Assembly (NCBI GenBank): GCA_019358935.1
Contig: JAHHIK010000108.1
Location: 1-27,780 of the forward strand
DNA length: 27,780 bases
From: Tolypothrix carrinoi HA7290-LM1
GTDB lineage: Bacteria; Cyanobacteriota; Cyanobacteriia; Cyanobacteriales; Nostocaceae
Direction: 5' to 3'
Part shown: positions 8,493 through 17,866 of the stretch, one piece after another
Numbering within the stretch: position 1 is the stretch's first letter
Layout of the letters: each line of letters opens with the position of its first letter
Translations under genes and position numbers: made by a program
The notes under the pieces: generated by a model
What the model was told of the DNA's origin: nothing
Database searches by the model: none
Seen by the model: only the letters and a program-made list of their open reading frames with translations

Positions 8493-9665
8493 ATGCTCAA
8501 TCCCAATCTGGATGAAGTCCAGTTAACAAAAGACGATTACGAACGCTATTCCCGACATCTGATTTTGCCAGAAGTCGGATTAGAGGGACAAAAACGTTTA
8601 AAAGCCGCTAGTGTACTGTGTATCGGTACAGGTGGACTCGGTGCGCCGTTGCTATTGTATCTCGCAGCAGCGGGTATCGGACGCATTGGTATTGTTGATT
8701 TCGATATTGTCGATACCTCCAACTTGCAACGCCAAGTAATTCACGGTACATCTTGGGTGGGTAAACCGAAGATAGAATCGGCAAAAAACCGGATTCACGA
8801 AATTAACCCTCATTGTCAAGTTGATTTGTACGAAACTCGCTTGAGTTCTGAAAACGCGCTTGATATAATTAAGCCTTACGATATCGTCGTGGATGGAACT
8901 GATAACTTCCCCACACGTTATCTAGTAAACGACGCTTGCGTTTTGTTAGACAAGCCTAACGTTTACGGTTCAATTTTCCGCTTTGAAGGGCAAGCTACGG
9001 TATTTAATTACGAAGGTGGACCGAATTACCGTGATTTGTATCCAGAACCACCACCACCAGGAATGGTTCCCTCTTGTGCCGAAGGTGGCGTACTCGGAAT
9101 TTTACCAGGAATTATTGGTTTAATTCAAGCAACGGAAACTGTTAAAATCATTTTGGGCAAGGGTGAAACTTTAAGCGGACGCTTAATGCTGTATGATGCC
9201 CTTAACATGAAATTCCGGGAATTAAAGCTGCGTCCAAATCCAGTGCGCCCAGTAATTGAAAAGTTGATAGACTACGAACAATTCTGCGGTATCCCACAAG
9301 CAAAAGCAGAGGAAGCGAAACAGCAGATGGAAATTCAAGAAATGACGGTGCAGGAATTAAAGCAGTTGCTAGATAGCGATGCAAATGATTTCGTCCTGCT
9401 GGATGTCCGCAACCCCCATGAGTATGAAATTGCCAAAATACCCGGTTCAGTTTTAGTACCATTACCGGATATTGAAAGTGGGCAAGGTGTTACAAAAGTT
9501 AAAGAATTACTCAACGGACACCGCTTAATTGCTCATTGTAAAATGGGTGGGCGATCGGCAAAAGCTTTGGGCATCCTCAAAGAAGCCGGAATCGAGGGTA
9601 CAAACGTCAAAGGTGGTATCACCGCTTGGAGTAAAGAGGTAGATCCATCAGTTCCAACGTATTAA
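8493..9665 (+). CDS. moeB: MoeB/MoeZ adenylyltransferase with C-terminal rhodanese domain
   Basis: RYSRHLIL, GTGGLG, SNLQRQ, DGTDNF, SCAEGGVLG; rhodanese motifs LLDVR and HCKMGGRS. Confidence 0.95.
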   Translation: MLNPNLDEVQLTKDDYERYSRHLILPEVGLEGQKRLKAASVLCIGTGGLGAPLLLYLAAAGIGRIGIVDFDIVDTSNLQRQVIHGTSWVGKPKIESAKNRIHEINPHCQVDLYETRLSSENALDIIKPYDIVVDGTDNFPTRYLVNDACVLLDKPNVYGSIFRFEGQATVFNYEGGPNYRDLYPEPPPPGMVPSCAEGGVLGILPGIIGLIQATETVKIILGKGETLSGRLMLYDALNMKFRELKLRPNPVRPVIEKLIDYEQFCGIPQAKAEEAKQQMEIQEMTVQELKQLLDSDANDFVLLDVRNPHEYEIAKIPGSVLVPLPDIESGQGVTKVKELLNGHRLIAHCKMGGRSAKALGILKEAGIEGTNVKGGITAWSKEVDPSVPTY

Positions 9666-9670
9666 TTTTT

Positions 9671-9758
9671 AAACGCAGAGGGACACAGAGGTTTAACGCA
9701 GAGGGACGCGGAGTTATTTATATTTCTCTGCGAACCTCTGCGATGACTTTGCGTTTAA
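9671..9758. repeat. CGCAGAG-type inverted repeat element between convergent genes (possible terminator or MITE remnant)
   Basis: AAACGCAGAG...CGCAGAG arms pair with CTCTGCG...TTTGCGTTT. Related half-copies lie at ~14488-14515 and ~25537-25566. Confidence 0.6.
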
Positions 9759-9762
9759 ATTC

Positions 9763-11669
9763 TTACTTCTGGGCAAACCACTGCCGAATCAACTCTACTT
9801 GAAAGCCGTATCCCTCCCCAACCTCCTCAATTAACTCTCTTTGCAACAGCAAATTGATAGTACTTTCCACAACATCAGGAAACTGTTGGAATAAAGCTTT
9901 GCGGCTAACTATTGCCCCTTCCCCAAGTGCAGCGATAAAGCGTAAAATAGTAAGTCCGGCTGCATCGACTTGGTTATTTTGAATATCTGCGAAGAAAAAA
10001 CCGCCACTACTGAAAGCTGCTGGTATCCCCGCTTCTACATCCGCTAAATTTGCCAGTCGGCGCACAGAAGGGTTTTGCTCATTTTTGAGGGCAACAATTT
10101 CTGCACACAGCAATTGTACCAAGAAAGGGTGACAGCGGGTAAGTTGCAATACTCGCTCAACTGCATCGGGTTCATAACGTAGGGTAAAATCTTTGACAGG
10201 ATGCTCTATAAGTTGACGCGCTTCGTCTTCTTTCAGGTACGAGATATGCACAACTTGCACGTTGATGAGATAACTAGCCCAACGCTGATATTCTTGGATA
10301 GTATGAGAGCCAGCAATTAATATCTTAAACTTGGGACGATGTTGGATTAAGTTACGCAGCATTCCTAAAACATCTTCCTCATCAAAGCGTCCTTTAGTTA
10401 TGGCACTGTCAAGTACCTCAAACTCATCTAGAGAAAGCAGTGCGGTGTTATCTTGTAACGCTTGTTCTACTTTATCTAACCATTCATCAAAGCTGGTGAA
10501 GGGGTCTTTTTCTAAATCTTCCCGTGTCAAGGATGGTAGAGTTAAGGCGCTTTGCCGTTTAGCTGAGGTTATCATCCCTCTGGCTAGGTTGTAGAGAAAA
10601 CCTGCATAATCACTCGCTGATGAGGGTGCGCCTTGCAAGTCTACAAACAAGGGGATGATGGTATTGGGTAGCAAGCGTCCTAAGTTGTTGAGGAGGGAAG
10701 TTTTGCCCATGCGTCGCTGTCCGTAGAGTAGCAGAGGTGGGCGGCGCCGGTCTAGAAGTAGTTGCTCGATGCGCGTACCGATGTCATTGCGTCCGGTGAA
10801 GATTTCTTGCTGTTGTGTGAGGGGTACGCCGATGATGTAAGGTGAGTCAATTTCTTGGCGAAGTTCTGTTTCTTTGGCGAGTTCTTCTATATATTTGGTA
10901 ATTATCTCACACCAATTTTTGGCAATGAGGTAGAAGCGAGAAGCGTATTTATCGTTGCTTCGGTTAAATTCCTGTAAATGTAAATCTATTCGGTCTGCAA
11001 CATCTGTGAGTACTAAACGTTGATTATAAGCACTTTCTTGATTTAAAGCAGCGTCTACATCTTCGCTAATCCGACTGAGAAGACGTAATCTAGGGCTTAT
11101 TAGGGTTTCTATTTCCCCAATTTCTAGTTGACGCTGAACTTGACGGATGGCTTTGACATCTTTACAGCGTTCTAAAGAGCGTATATCAAGTTCAATTTGT
11201 ACAGCTTGAACTGCCCAACGTTGGCGACTGGTAGTTAGGTATTCTAGGGCGGCTTTTCCCTCAACTGGATTATGTTCTATTACAAACAGAAGATACTTGT
11301 CTAACCCAACTAGAGGTATGCGCTGCCATTCATCCCAAAAAGCGCAATGGTAGCGCAATAAACAAGGGCTTCTAGTATTACGTGCTTTATCTAATCTATA
11401 AAGCAGATAATTCCAGGCTGTGAGAAATGGAAAGAATAGAATAGGTCGGCATAGGTTAATAGTTACTCCCATGCCGGATGCCATGCCAGTCAGCACGCCT
11501 AGCGCCATGCCAAACCCCACACCTAGCGCCACGCCGGATGCCACGCCGGATGCCACGCTGAGGGACGGAAGATAAGCCAGAATAGCAGTTGCAGGCTACC
11601 CAGTATCAAGTTGGTGTGCTGTTTGGGTGCATCGGTGTAGGCGTTGCGGGGTATGTCTGGTGAGGTCAT
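9763..11669 (-). pseudogene. Membrane-anchored STAND/AAA-type P-loop ATPase, frameshifted near its 5' end
   Basis: SPYIIGVP..FTGR, Walker A GQRRMGKTS, Walker B LLSLDEFE, HPFLVQLLC. The apparent N-terminus (MTSPD...LQLLFWLIFRPSAW, ATG 11669) is in a different frame from the GVAxG repeats and the ATPase (9763..11556). Confidence 0.75.
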
Positions 11670-11716
11670 GTTCGGTTTGGGATTTTTTTGAGTTCCTCTG
11701 TCTGAGTTCACACCCA

Positions 11717-11840
11717 CCAGGGAATTAATTCCCTGGCTGATAGCGAAAGTCCTCTAAAGAGGACTGCAAAACTCAATCTTTCAAGGTTTCAGTCGGTTTT
11801 AACCGACTTTAGTTATTAGCCCGGAAATTGATTTCCGGGC
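11717..11840. repeat. REPIN/BIME-like element of four palindromes in mirror order
   Basis: CCAGGGAATTAATTCCCTGG (11717-36), AGTCCTCTAAAGAGGACT (11748-65), AGTCGGTTTTAACCGACT (11791-808), GCCCGGAAATTGATTTCCGGGC (11819-40). Confidence 0.75.
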
Positions 11841-11887
11841 GGATGTGAGCGCTTACCAGTAAATCCGGATAAGCGTATCCAATATAA

Positions 11888-12226
11888 TCATTGCAGCACT
11901 TCCCAATCTTCTGGAGGCACAGCTGGCTCAAATGGTTCATCATAGCGATAAACCTTCTCACGTAAAGGATTGAGCAAAATATTTCTCATCGTTCGGTTAA
12001 CTAAACTAAGATAATCGTCTAATTCTTCATATACAGTCAATTCTGTTTCTTCTTCGGAAGTGAGAGCAGATTCTTTTTGTTTATTTATTAATTTTTCAAT
12101 TCGCTCCTGTACCTGACTAGAAGCGCGAAATATTGGTACTCCTTCTACTAACTCGATGCGAACAGCACCCTCTAAAGGTAAACTGTTGGGTAAGTGATGC
12201 AGCTTTAGGGGAAAATTAATTGTCAT
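11888..12226 (-). CDS. Small hypothetical protein, antitoxin-like
   Basis: 112 aa. The QERIEKL..KQKESALTSEEETEL and YDEPFEPAVPPEDWE segments resemble small cyanobacterial TA-associated proteins (from recollection, not searched). Confidence 0.6.
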   Translation of the reverse strand: MTINFPLKLHHLPNSLPLEGAVRIELVEGVPIFRASSQVQERIEKLINKQKESALTSEEETELTVYEELDDYLSLVNRTMRNILLNPLREKVYRYDEPFEPAVPPEDWEVLQ

Positions 12227-12262
12227 GGCATTTGTCTAAAAACATAGGGTAAATATTTACCT

Positions 12263-12874
12263 CTACTTATCCAATTGCAAATCGCACTGTTGAAACACAT
12301 AGTTAACAGCCGCAAATAGCCGCTCCAAATCCTGAATTGTATAGAAAGTTTTATTTTGTGTAAATATATCTAAATTTAACTTGCCAAACTGCCATACTGC
12401 TCCATTAGAAACAATGCCAAATATAGTTTTTTCTGGTTCGTTATTAATCCGCTGCACTGCTAACATTTCTGCCAAGCACTGACCCCAACCTTCGGTAAAA
12501 TCGCTTTCTTTCTTTGCTTCAACTAAGACAAAATATGGCTTGTCAAACACTACTGTACCAAGAGGCGATCGCTTTGCCAATATATAATCAGGAACACCGC
12601 ACAACTTCTCATCATAAATCAACGTTTGGTGACTCCAAAGTAAAAACTTACTTCTATAAGCTTTCCATACTTCTTTTAATACTGGATAAATAATATTCTC
12701 ACAAATCGCAATTTCTGAATTATCAAAAACTCCTTCATTAAAAATCAAATCTAATTCCTGTCTAAAAGTGGCACTAATTTCAAAAGGTGTTTCTCTAATG
12801 AAATTATCCCGAACATACTTAATCTGAAATTCTTTGGCAACAACGCTAATACTCTTGTAACTACTAAAAGGCAT
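12263..12874 (-). CDS. Hypothetical protein with PD-(D/E)XK nuclease-like fold (HsdR-N-like)
   Basis: SEIAICE...GVPDYIL...VLVEAKK...GWGQCLAEM...GIVSNG pattern. Confidence 0.7.
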   Translation of the reverse strand: MPFSSYKSISVVAKEFQIKYVRDNFIRETPFEISATFRQELDLIFNEGVFDNSEIAICENIIYPVLKEVWKAYRSKFLLWSHQTLIYDEKLCGVPDYILAKRSPLGTVVFDKPYFVLVEAKKESDFTEGWGQCLAEMLAVQRINNEPEKTIFGIVSNGAVWQFGKLNLDIFTQNKTFYTIQDLERLFAAVNYVFQQCDLQLDK

Positions 12875-12878
12875 TTTT

Positions 12879-14388
12879 TCAGTCCTCCTTTTGTGTATCT
12901 AACAAATGAGCAAATGGTTTTATCTGTCTTAACCCTTCTTCTTGCCAATTTTCATCATCCTCCCCATCTTCTAAAGTAAACAATCTTTCCATACAAAGAA
13001 TTTGTAATAAAAGTGGAAAACAGCGACTTTGTGTTAAAATCCACTCTACATCTTCTTCAGGAAATGGAATAGGAGAACTTGCTATCAATTCCCGCGCTTC
13101 TGCTTCTGTCAGCGCTCCCAATGTGGCAGTATAGCCGAAAATATTGAAGAAGGGTGAACTATGTCCGGTATTATGTGCTAGTTCAACTGGTGAAGAGTGG
13201 GTTGCTAAAACAAACGCTAAATTACCATCTGTAGAGTTTGTAGCTAAAGAACGCAAACATTCCCAAAATCCATCATCTAACTCTGGACAGCGTTGCAATC
13301 CTACGCCAATTTCATCTAGTAAAATAACTGTGGGATTATGCAAATTTTCACTCACCAAATCCATGAAGTAATCAAGATTAATCGATTTTGGATTTTGGAT
13401 TTTAGATTTTGGATTTGATTCGGTCGATACTTGTATATTCAAAGATTCTAAAATGTAACTTAGTAGTCTTTCTCTGTTTGCCATGCGTTGGTCTTGAAAG
13501 TCTACGAATATCCACTTGTAATTTTCTGGATGCGGTAGCCAATCAGACTTTTGATTGAGGCGTAAATTTTCTGTTGGGGTTGTGGTGATGTTTTTCAGGT
13601 AGTGCAGCAGGGAGGTTTTACCGCTGCGCTTTTTACCGATAATGGCGGCGTTTTGTAGGGGATAGCGTTTAAGTAAGTTGAAAAGGCGTTTAAGTTCTTT
13701 CTCACGTCCGAAAAAGTAGCGAGGATCGGTGATTGGGGTTCCGGTGATGAAAGGCGTTCGCGAAGCGTTGCCGTACTCGGCATCGCTCTTCTTTTTTTCT
13801 TCCTACTACAAGCTTATTATGTTCTTTTCTATACAAAACAGGTTTTAGATGTTCTGGCAGACTATATAGTTGAATTTCTACACAACCAAACTGATAAGCG
13901 TCTTCTATTGAACGATTTGCGACTAATGCTTTATAAAAACCAACTGCGAAAGCGATCGCAGCTTTATCACCGATAGCGTCATTCATCCCAATTACAAAGG
14001 GGATGTGTTGAGCGATCGCAACAGCCTGTATTTCAGAATAGCAGGCATTCAACACCACACAATTAACTTGCAATGAGAATAACTTGAACATTGCAGCTAA
14101 AGCATCAGGCTTGACAGGCTGAACTTTGCCGACTTCATTTTCAAAGCACAGTTCACCACTACTCTTACCATGTCCAGAAAAGTGTATAATCTGCGGTTGA
14201 ATATCAAATATCGCTTGTGTGATATCCCCGACGCGGACTGACTCTTGCTGTTCTAGTTGATACTTTCCTGATTTGGCTATTTGCAGTCTTGCTTTGATAT
14301 CTCGCAACTCTTGAAATAATCTTAGTCGAGATTCATCACTCGGATCGGCTGCTAAAAACAGGATTTTTACCGGGATATCACTGTTCAT
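12879..14388 (-). pseudogene. CHAT (caspase-like protease)-STAND ATPase fusion, frameshifted by a 25-nt insertion
   Basis: CHAT motifs ILFLAADP, IIHFSGHG, LNACYS. The downstream frame reads PFITGTPITDPRYFFGRE..IIGKKRSGKTSLL and continues into ORF 12879..13484 (VILLDE). 1510-25 = 1485 nt = 494 aa + stop. Confidence 0.88.
13754..13786 (-). mobile_element. 25-nt SDR5-like insert (13757-13781) inside a split HIP1 site
   Basis: Minus strand GCGAT|GCCGAGTACGGCAACGCTTCGCGAA|CGC, containing two mini-hairpins, GCCG-AGTA-CGGC and CGC-TTC-GCG. Confidence 0.85.
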
Positions 14389-14615
14389 TCATGAAACAAT
14401 GAAAGTCACATTGTTTATCAATTTTTATAAGTATATCCCTTTAATCCCGTTTAAAGATAGGACTTAGGCTTTTAGGACTGAATAACGAACCGCAGAGAAC
14501 ACAGAGAACACAGAGTTTGAGAGAGTTTTTGCGCTCATTCCTGAAAGAGTAAAGCTACTGCTATAAACTCAAGAATGAGGAGTCAGAAGTCAATAACTCC
14601 TAACTCCTCACTCCC

Positions 14616-14644
14616 GTACAGACGTTCCACTGAAACGTCTCTAC
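14616..14644. repeat. GTAG-type REP-like palindrome embedded in a TAACTCC repeat
   Basis: Imperfect palindrome GTACAGACGTT-CCACTGA-AACGTCTCTAC just downstream of the decarboxylase gene. Confidence 0.6.
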
Positions 14645-14653
14645 CTAACTTTT

Positions 14654-16297
14654 TTACACTCCGCAACTCAACTCGCCGGCTTTTTGACTAAAGCGGCTGT
14701 TTTCGCGATAATCCACAGGACAATCTATCACTGCTGGTACATCTTGTGCTAAAGCTTCTTTGAGAATCGGAACTAAATCAGTAGCAGATTCAACGCGATA
14801 ACCTTTTAAACCCATACTTTCGGCAAATTTGACAAAATCAGGATTGCCAAAATGCACAAAAGACGATCTACCTTTGCCAAAATGATTTTCTTGTTTCCAC
14901 TCAATTAAACCGTAGCCACCATCATTAAAGATTAAGGTAACAAAAGGTGTACCAACTCGCAAAGCTGTTTCTAATTCTTGGCAATTCATCATAAATCCGC
15001 CATCACCAGTTGCAGCTACAACTTTACGGTTCGGATAAACGAGTTTTGCTGCTAAAGCACCAGGAATCGCAATTCCCATTGCGGCAAAGCCATTAGAAAT
15101 CAGACAAGTATTCGGACTATGACAATGATAATGACGGGCAATCCACATTTTATGGGCACCGACATCAGATATTACAATATCTTCTGGTCCCATCACTTGC
15201 CGCAAGTCATAAATTAACTTTTGTGGCTTTATCGGAAATCCATCATCATTGGCATATTGTTCGTAATCGGCACGAATACTTGAGCGTAAGCTGATGGCAA
15301 ATGGGTTATGTTTACCTTGTCTATCTGCTAACTTTAAAATTTCATTCAGAGAATCAGAAATATCCCCAACTACTTCAGTACGAGGAACATAACTACTATC
15401 AATTTCTGCCGGATTTGCCCCAATATGAACAATGGGAATTTTACCGCTTGGATTCCATTTTTTCGGAGAAAACTCAATTAAATCATAGCCGATCGCTATC
15501 ACTAAATCTGCATTATCAAAGGCACAAGTGATAAAATCTCGCTGTTGCAATCCCACTGACCACAATGCCAAAGGATGAGTATAAGGAATTACGCCTTTAC
15601 CCATAAATGTATTGGCAACAGGAATATTCATCTGCGTAGCAAATTGCGTCACAGCGTCACTAGCTTGAGCGCGAATCGCTCCATTTCCGACTAATATTAA
15701 CGGATTAACTGCCTGAGAAATTGCCGCTGCTGCTGCGCGAATACTCGCAAAAGAAGCATAGGTTTTTTCGATATTATGCTTCTGCAAAGGTTGCCCTTCT
15801 ACAGGCATGGCGGCAATATTTTCGGGCAAATCGATGTGAACTGCACCGGGTTTTTCAGTTTGCGCTACTTTAAAGCCTTTTCGCACAACTTCTGGTGTAA
15901 TACTCGGTCGCACAATTTGCTTAGTCCACTTTGTCACCGGGGCAAACATCGCCACCAAATCTAAATATTGATGCGATTCGATGTGCATTCTATCTGTTCC
16001 GACTTGCCCGGTAATCGCTACCAAAGGCGCACCATCCAGGTTAGCATCCGCAACTCCAGTCATCAAGTTTGTCGCCCCAGGACCGAGTGTAGAAAGACAC
16101 ACCCCAGCTTTTCCGGTCAGGCGTCCGTAGACATCTGCCATGAATGCCGCACCCTGTTCGTGACGGGTGGTGATAAATTGAATGGAAGAATTTTTCAACG
16201 CTTCCAAAACGTGCAAATTTTCTTCTCCAGGGAGTCCGAAAACGTATTGCACTCCTTCATTTTCCAAACACTGTACCAGTAGATCCGCTGTATTCAT
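14654..16297 (-). CDS. ogdA: ThDP-dependent 2-oxoglutarate decarboxylase (acetolactate synthase large-subunit family)
   Basis: FGLPGEENL, RHEQGAAFMAD and the GDGGF..N ThDP motif. It lies directly downstream of SSADH, the established cyanobacterial TCA-shunt gene pair. Confidence 0.85.
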   Translation of the reverse strand: MNTADLLVQCLENEGVQYVFGLPGEENLHVLEALKNSSIQFITTRHEQGAAFMADVYGRLTGKAGVCLSTLGPGATNLMTGVADANLDGAPLVAITGQVGTDRMHIESHQYLDLVAMFAPVTKWTKQIVRPSITPEVVRKGFKVAQTEKPGAVHIDLPENIAAMPVEGQPLQKHNIEKTYASFASIRAAAAAISQAVNPLILVGNGAIRAQASDAVTQFATQMNIPVANTFMGKGVIPYTHPLALWSVGLQQRDFITCAFDNADLVIAIGYDLIEFSPKKWNPSGKIPIVHIGANPAEIDSSYVPRTEVVGDISDSLNEILKLADRQGKHNPFAISLRSSIRADYEQYANDDGFPIKPQKLIYDLRQVMGPEDIVISDVGAHKMWIARHYHCHSPNTCLISNGFAAMGIAIPGALAAKLVYPNRKVVAATGDGGFMMNCQELETALRVGTPFVTLIFNDGGYGLIEWKQENHFGKGRSSFVHFGNPDFVKFAESMGLKGYRVESATDLVPILKEALAQDVPAVIDCPVDYRENSRFSQKAGELSCGV

Positions 16298-16413
16298 TTA
16301 ATTAATTCCGTAACTAAGATTTAGGGGCTAGGGGTTAGAGGTTAGGGAGAGTTCTTGAGAGGGGGGGATGGGGAGAGGGGGGGAGTGGGAGAAAAAAGAA
16401 TTACTATTTGTCT

Positions 16414-16500
16414 CCTTGTCCCCCTTGTCCCCCTTGTCCCCCACTCCTCCACTCCTCCACTCCTCCACTCCCCCACTCCTCCACTCCCTACTCCCCAATC
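16414..16500 (+). repeat. Low-complexity tandem repeats (CCTTGTCCC; CCACTCC(T))
   Basis: 9-mer and 7/8-mer tandem units visible directly between gabD and ogdA. Confidence 0.8.
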
Positions 16501-17866
16501 ACTTAACCCACACTGTTTTAACATTGACAAACTCATGTATGCCTTGAATACTCAATTCTCGTCCATATCCTGAACGTTTAATGCCGCCAAAGGGCATCCG
16601 GGGGTCGGATTTTACCATACTGTTGATAAATACGGCACCGGCTTCGATTTCGGAAATTAAGCGATCGCTTTCCTCTTCATTTTGCGTCCAAGCACTGGCA
16701 CCTAAGCCAAAGGGTGTACCATTTGCGATCTTTATCGCCGCATCGATATCCGCAACCCGAAATAACATCGCCACGGGTCCAAAAAATTCCTCTTGTGCGG
16801 TAGGGCTATCTGTGGGAATATTAGTAAGAATCGTGGGCGGATAGTAGTTACCAGGGCGATCGCTATCAGGTTGTCCACCGATAAGGATTTTTGCCCCACT
16901 TTTGAGACTTGCTTGCACTTGTTCGTCTAAATCCTGGAGAATACCGGGAGTTGCCAAAGGTCCTAAATCTATGTCTGGTGACATGGGATCGCCAACTTTT
17001 AGCGCTTGGAATTTTTCTAGAAGTAGTTTTTCAAATTTATCGGCGATCGCTTCCACCACAATAAAACGTTTCGCTGCAATACATGATTGCCCGTTATTCA
17101 ACATCCGCGCTGTAGTCGCTGTTGCAACTGCTGTTTCTAAGTCAGCGCTTTCTAACACGATAAACGGATCGCTTCCCCCTAATTCTAAGACGACTTTTTT
17201 AATTTGTTTCCCCGCAGCAGCAGCGAGTGATGCACCTGCGGGTTCGCTTCCTGTCAAGGTGGCAGCTTTTACTCTGTTGTCAGCCATTAGGTCTGCTACC
17301 TTGGCAGCACCAATTAATAGTGTTTGAAATGCACCTTTGGGAAAACCAGCTCTTTGCATGATATCTTCAATTGCCAAGGCACACTGCGGCACATTAGAAG
17401 CGTGTTTCAGCAAGCCGACATTACCCGCCATCAGTGCCGGTGCAGCAAAGCGGAATACTTGCCAAAAGGGAAAATTCCACGGCATGACAGCGAGAATTAT
17501 ACCTAATGGTTGATAGCGGACAAAACTACGACTGGCATCGGTTTTCACTTCCACATCGGCGAGAAATTCAGCCGCGTGTTCGGCGTAGTAGCGACATACT
17601 AAGGCGCATTTTTCGACTTCAGCGATCGCAGCTTTGTAAGGTTTGCCCATTTCTAGGGTCATTATCTTAGCAAAGTCAGCTTTTTCTTTGTCTAAGATAT
17701 CAGCCGCTTGTTGCAGCCAGTGCGATCGCACGCTAAAGTCAGTTTTGCGATACTCATCAAAAGTCAAACCTGCCAAATCCAACTTAGTGGCAATTTCCGC
17801 ATCAGTTAGCGGCTCAAAAGTTTTTAGTGTTTCCCCTGTAGCGGGATTAATGGTGGCGATCGCCAT
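16499..17866 (-). CDS. gabD: NAD(P)-dependent succinate-semialdehyde dehydrogenase (SsaD)
   Basis: MPWNFP, LTGS, LELGGSDP, NNGQSCIA, EEFFGP, PFGGIKRSGYGRE; GGAGG RBS upstream. Confidence 0.93.
   Translation of the reverse strand: MAIATINPATGETLKTFEPLTDAEIATKLDLAGLTFDEYRKTDFSVRSHWLQQAADILDKEKADFAKIMTLEMGKPYKAAIAEVEKCALVCRYYAEHAAEFLADVEVKTDASRSFVRYQPLGIILAVMPWNFPFWQVFRFAAPALMAGNVGLLKHASNVPQCALAIEDIMQRAGFPKGAFQTLLIGAAKVADLMADNRVKAATLTGSEPAGASLAAAAGKQIKKVVLELGGSDPFIVLESADLETAVATATTARMLNNGQSCIAAKRFIVVEAIADKFEKLLLEKFQALKVGDPMSPDIDLGPLATPGILQDLDEQVQASLKSGAKILIGGQPDSDRPGNYYPPTILTNIPTDSPTAQEEFFGPVAMLFRVADIDAAIKIANGTPFGLGASAWTQNEEESDRLISEIEAGAVFINSMVKSDPRMPFGGIKRSGYGRELSIQGIHEFVNVKTVWVK

Noticed and set aside
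7935..9665. JAB + E1-like pair as a CBASS/Bil-type ubiquitin-like defence system
   Set aside because: The E1 is a canonical MoeB-rhodanese with no E2, cyclase or ubiquitin-like gene; this is the common cyanobacterial sulfur-carrier activation pair.
13595..13783. 62-aa ORF, and ORF 12879..13484 as independent genes
   Set aside because: The first is an off-frame product whose ATG is created by the HIP1 insert; the second is the distal part of the frameshifted CHAT-ATPase and lacks Walker A on its own.
14654..16297. Annotation as biosynthetic acetolactate synthase ilvB
   Set aside because: There is no ilvN nearby, and pairing with SSADH matches the known 2-oxoglutarate decarboxylase shunt.
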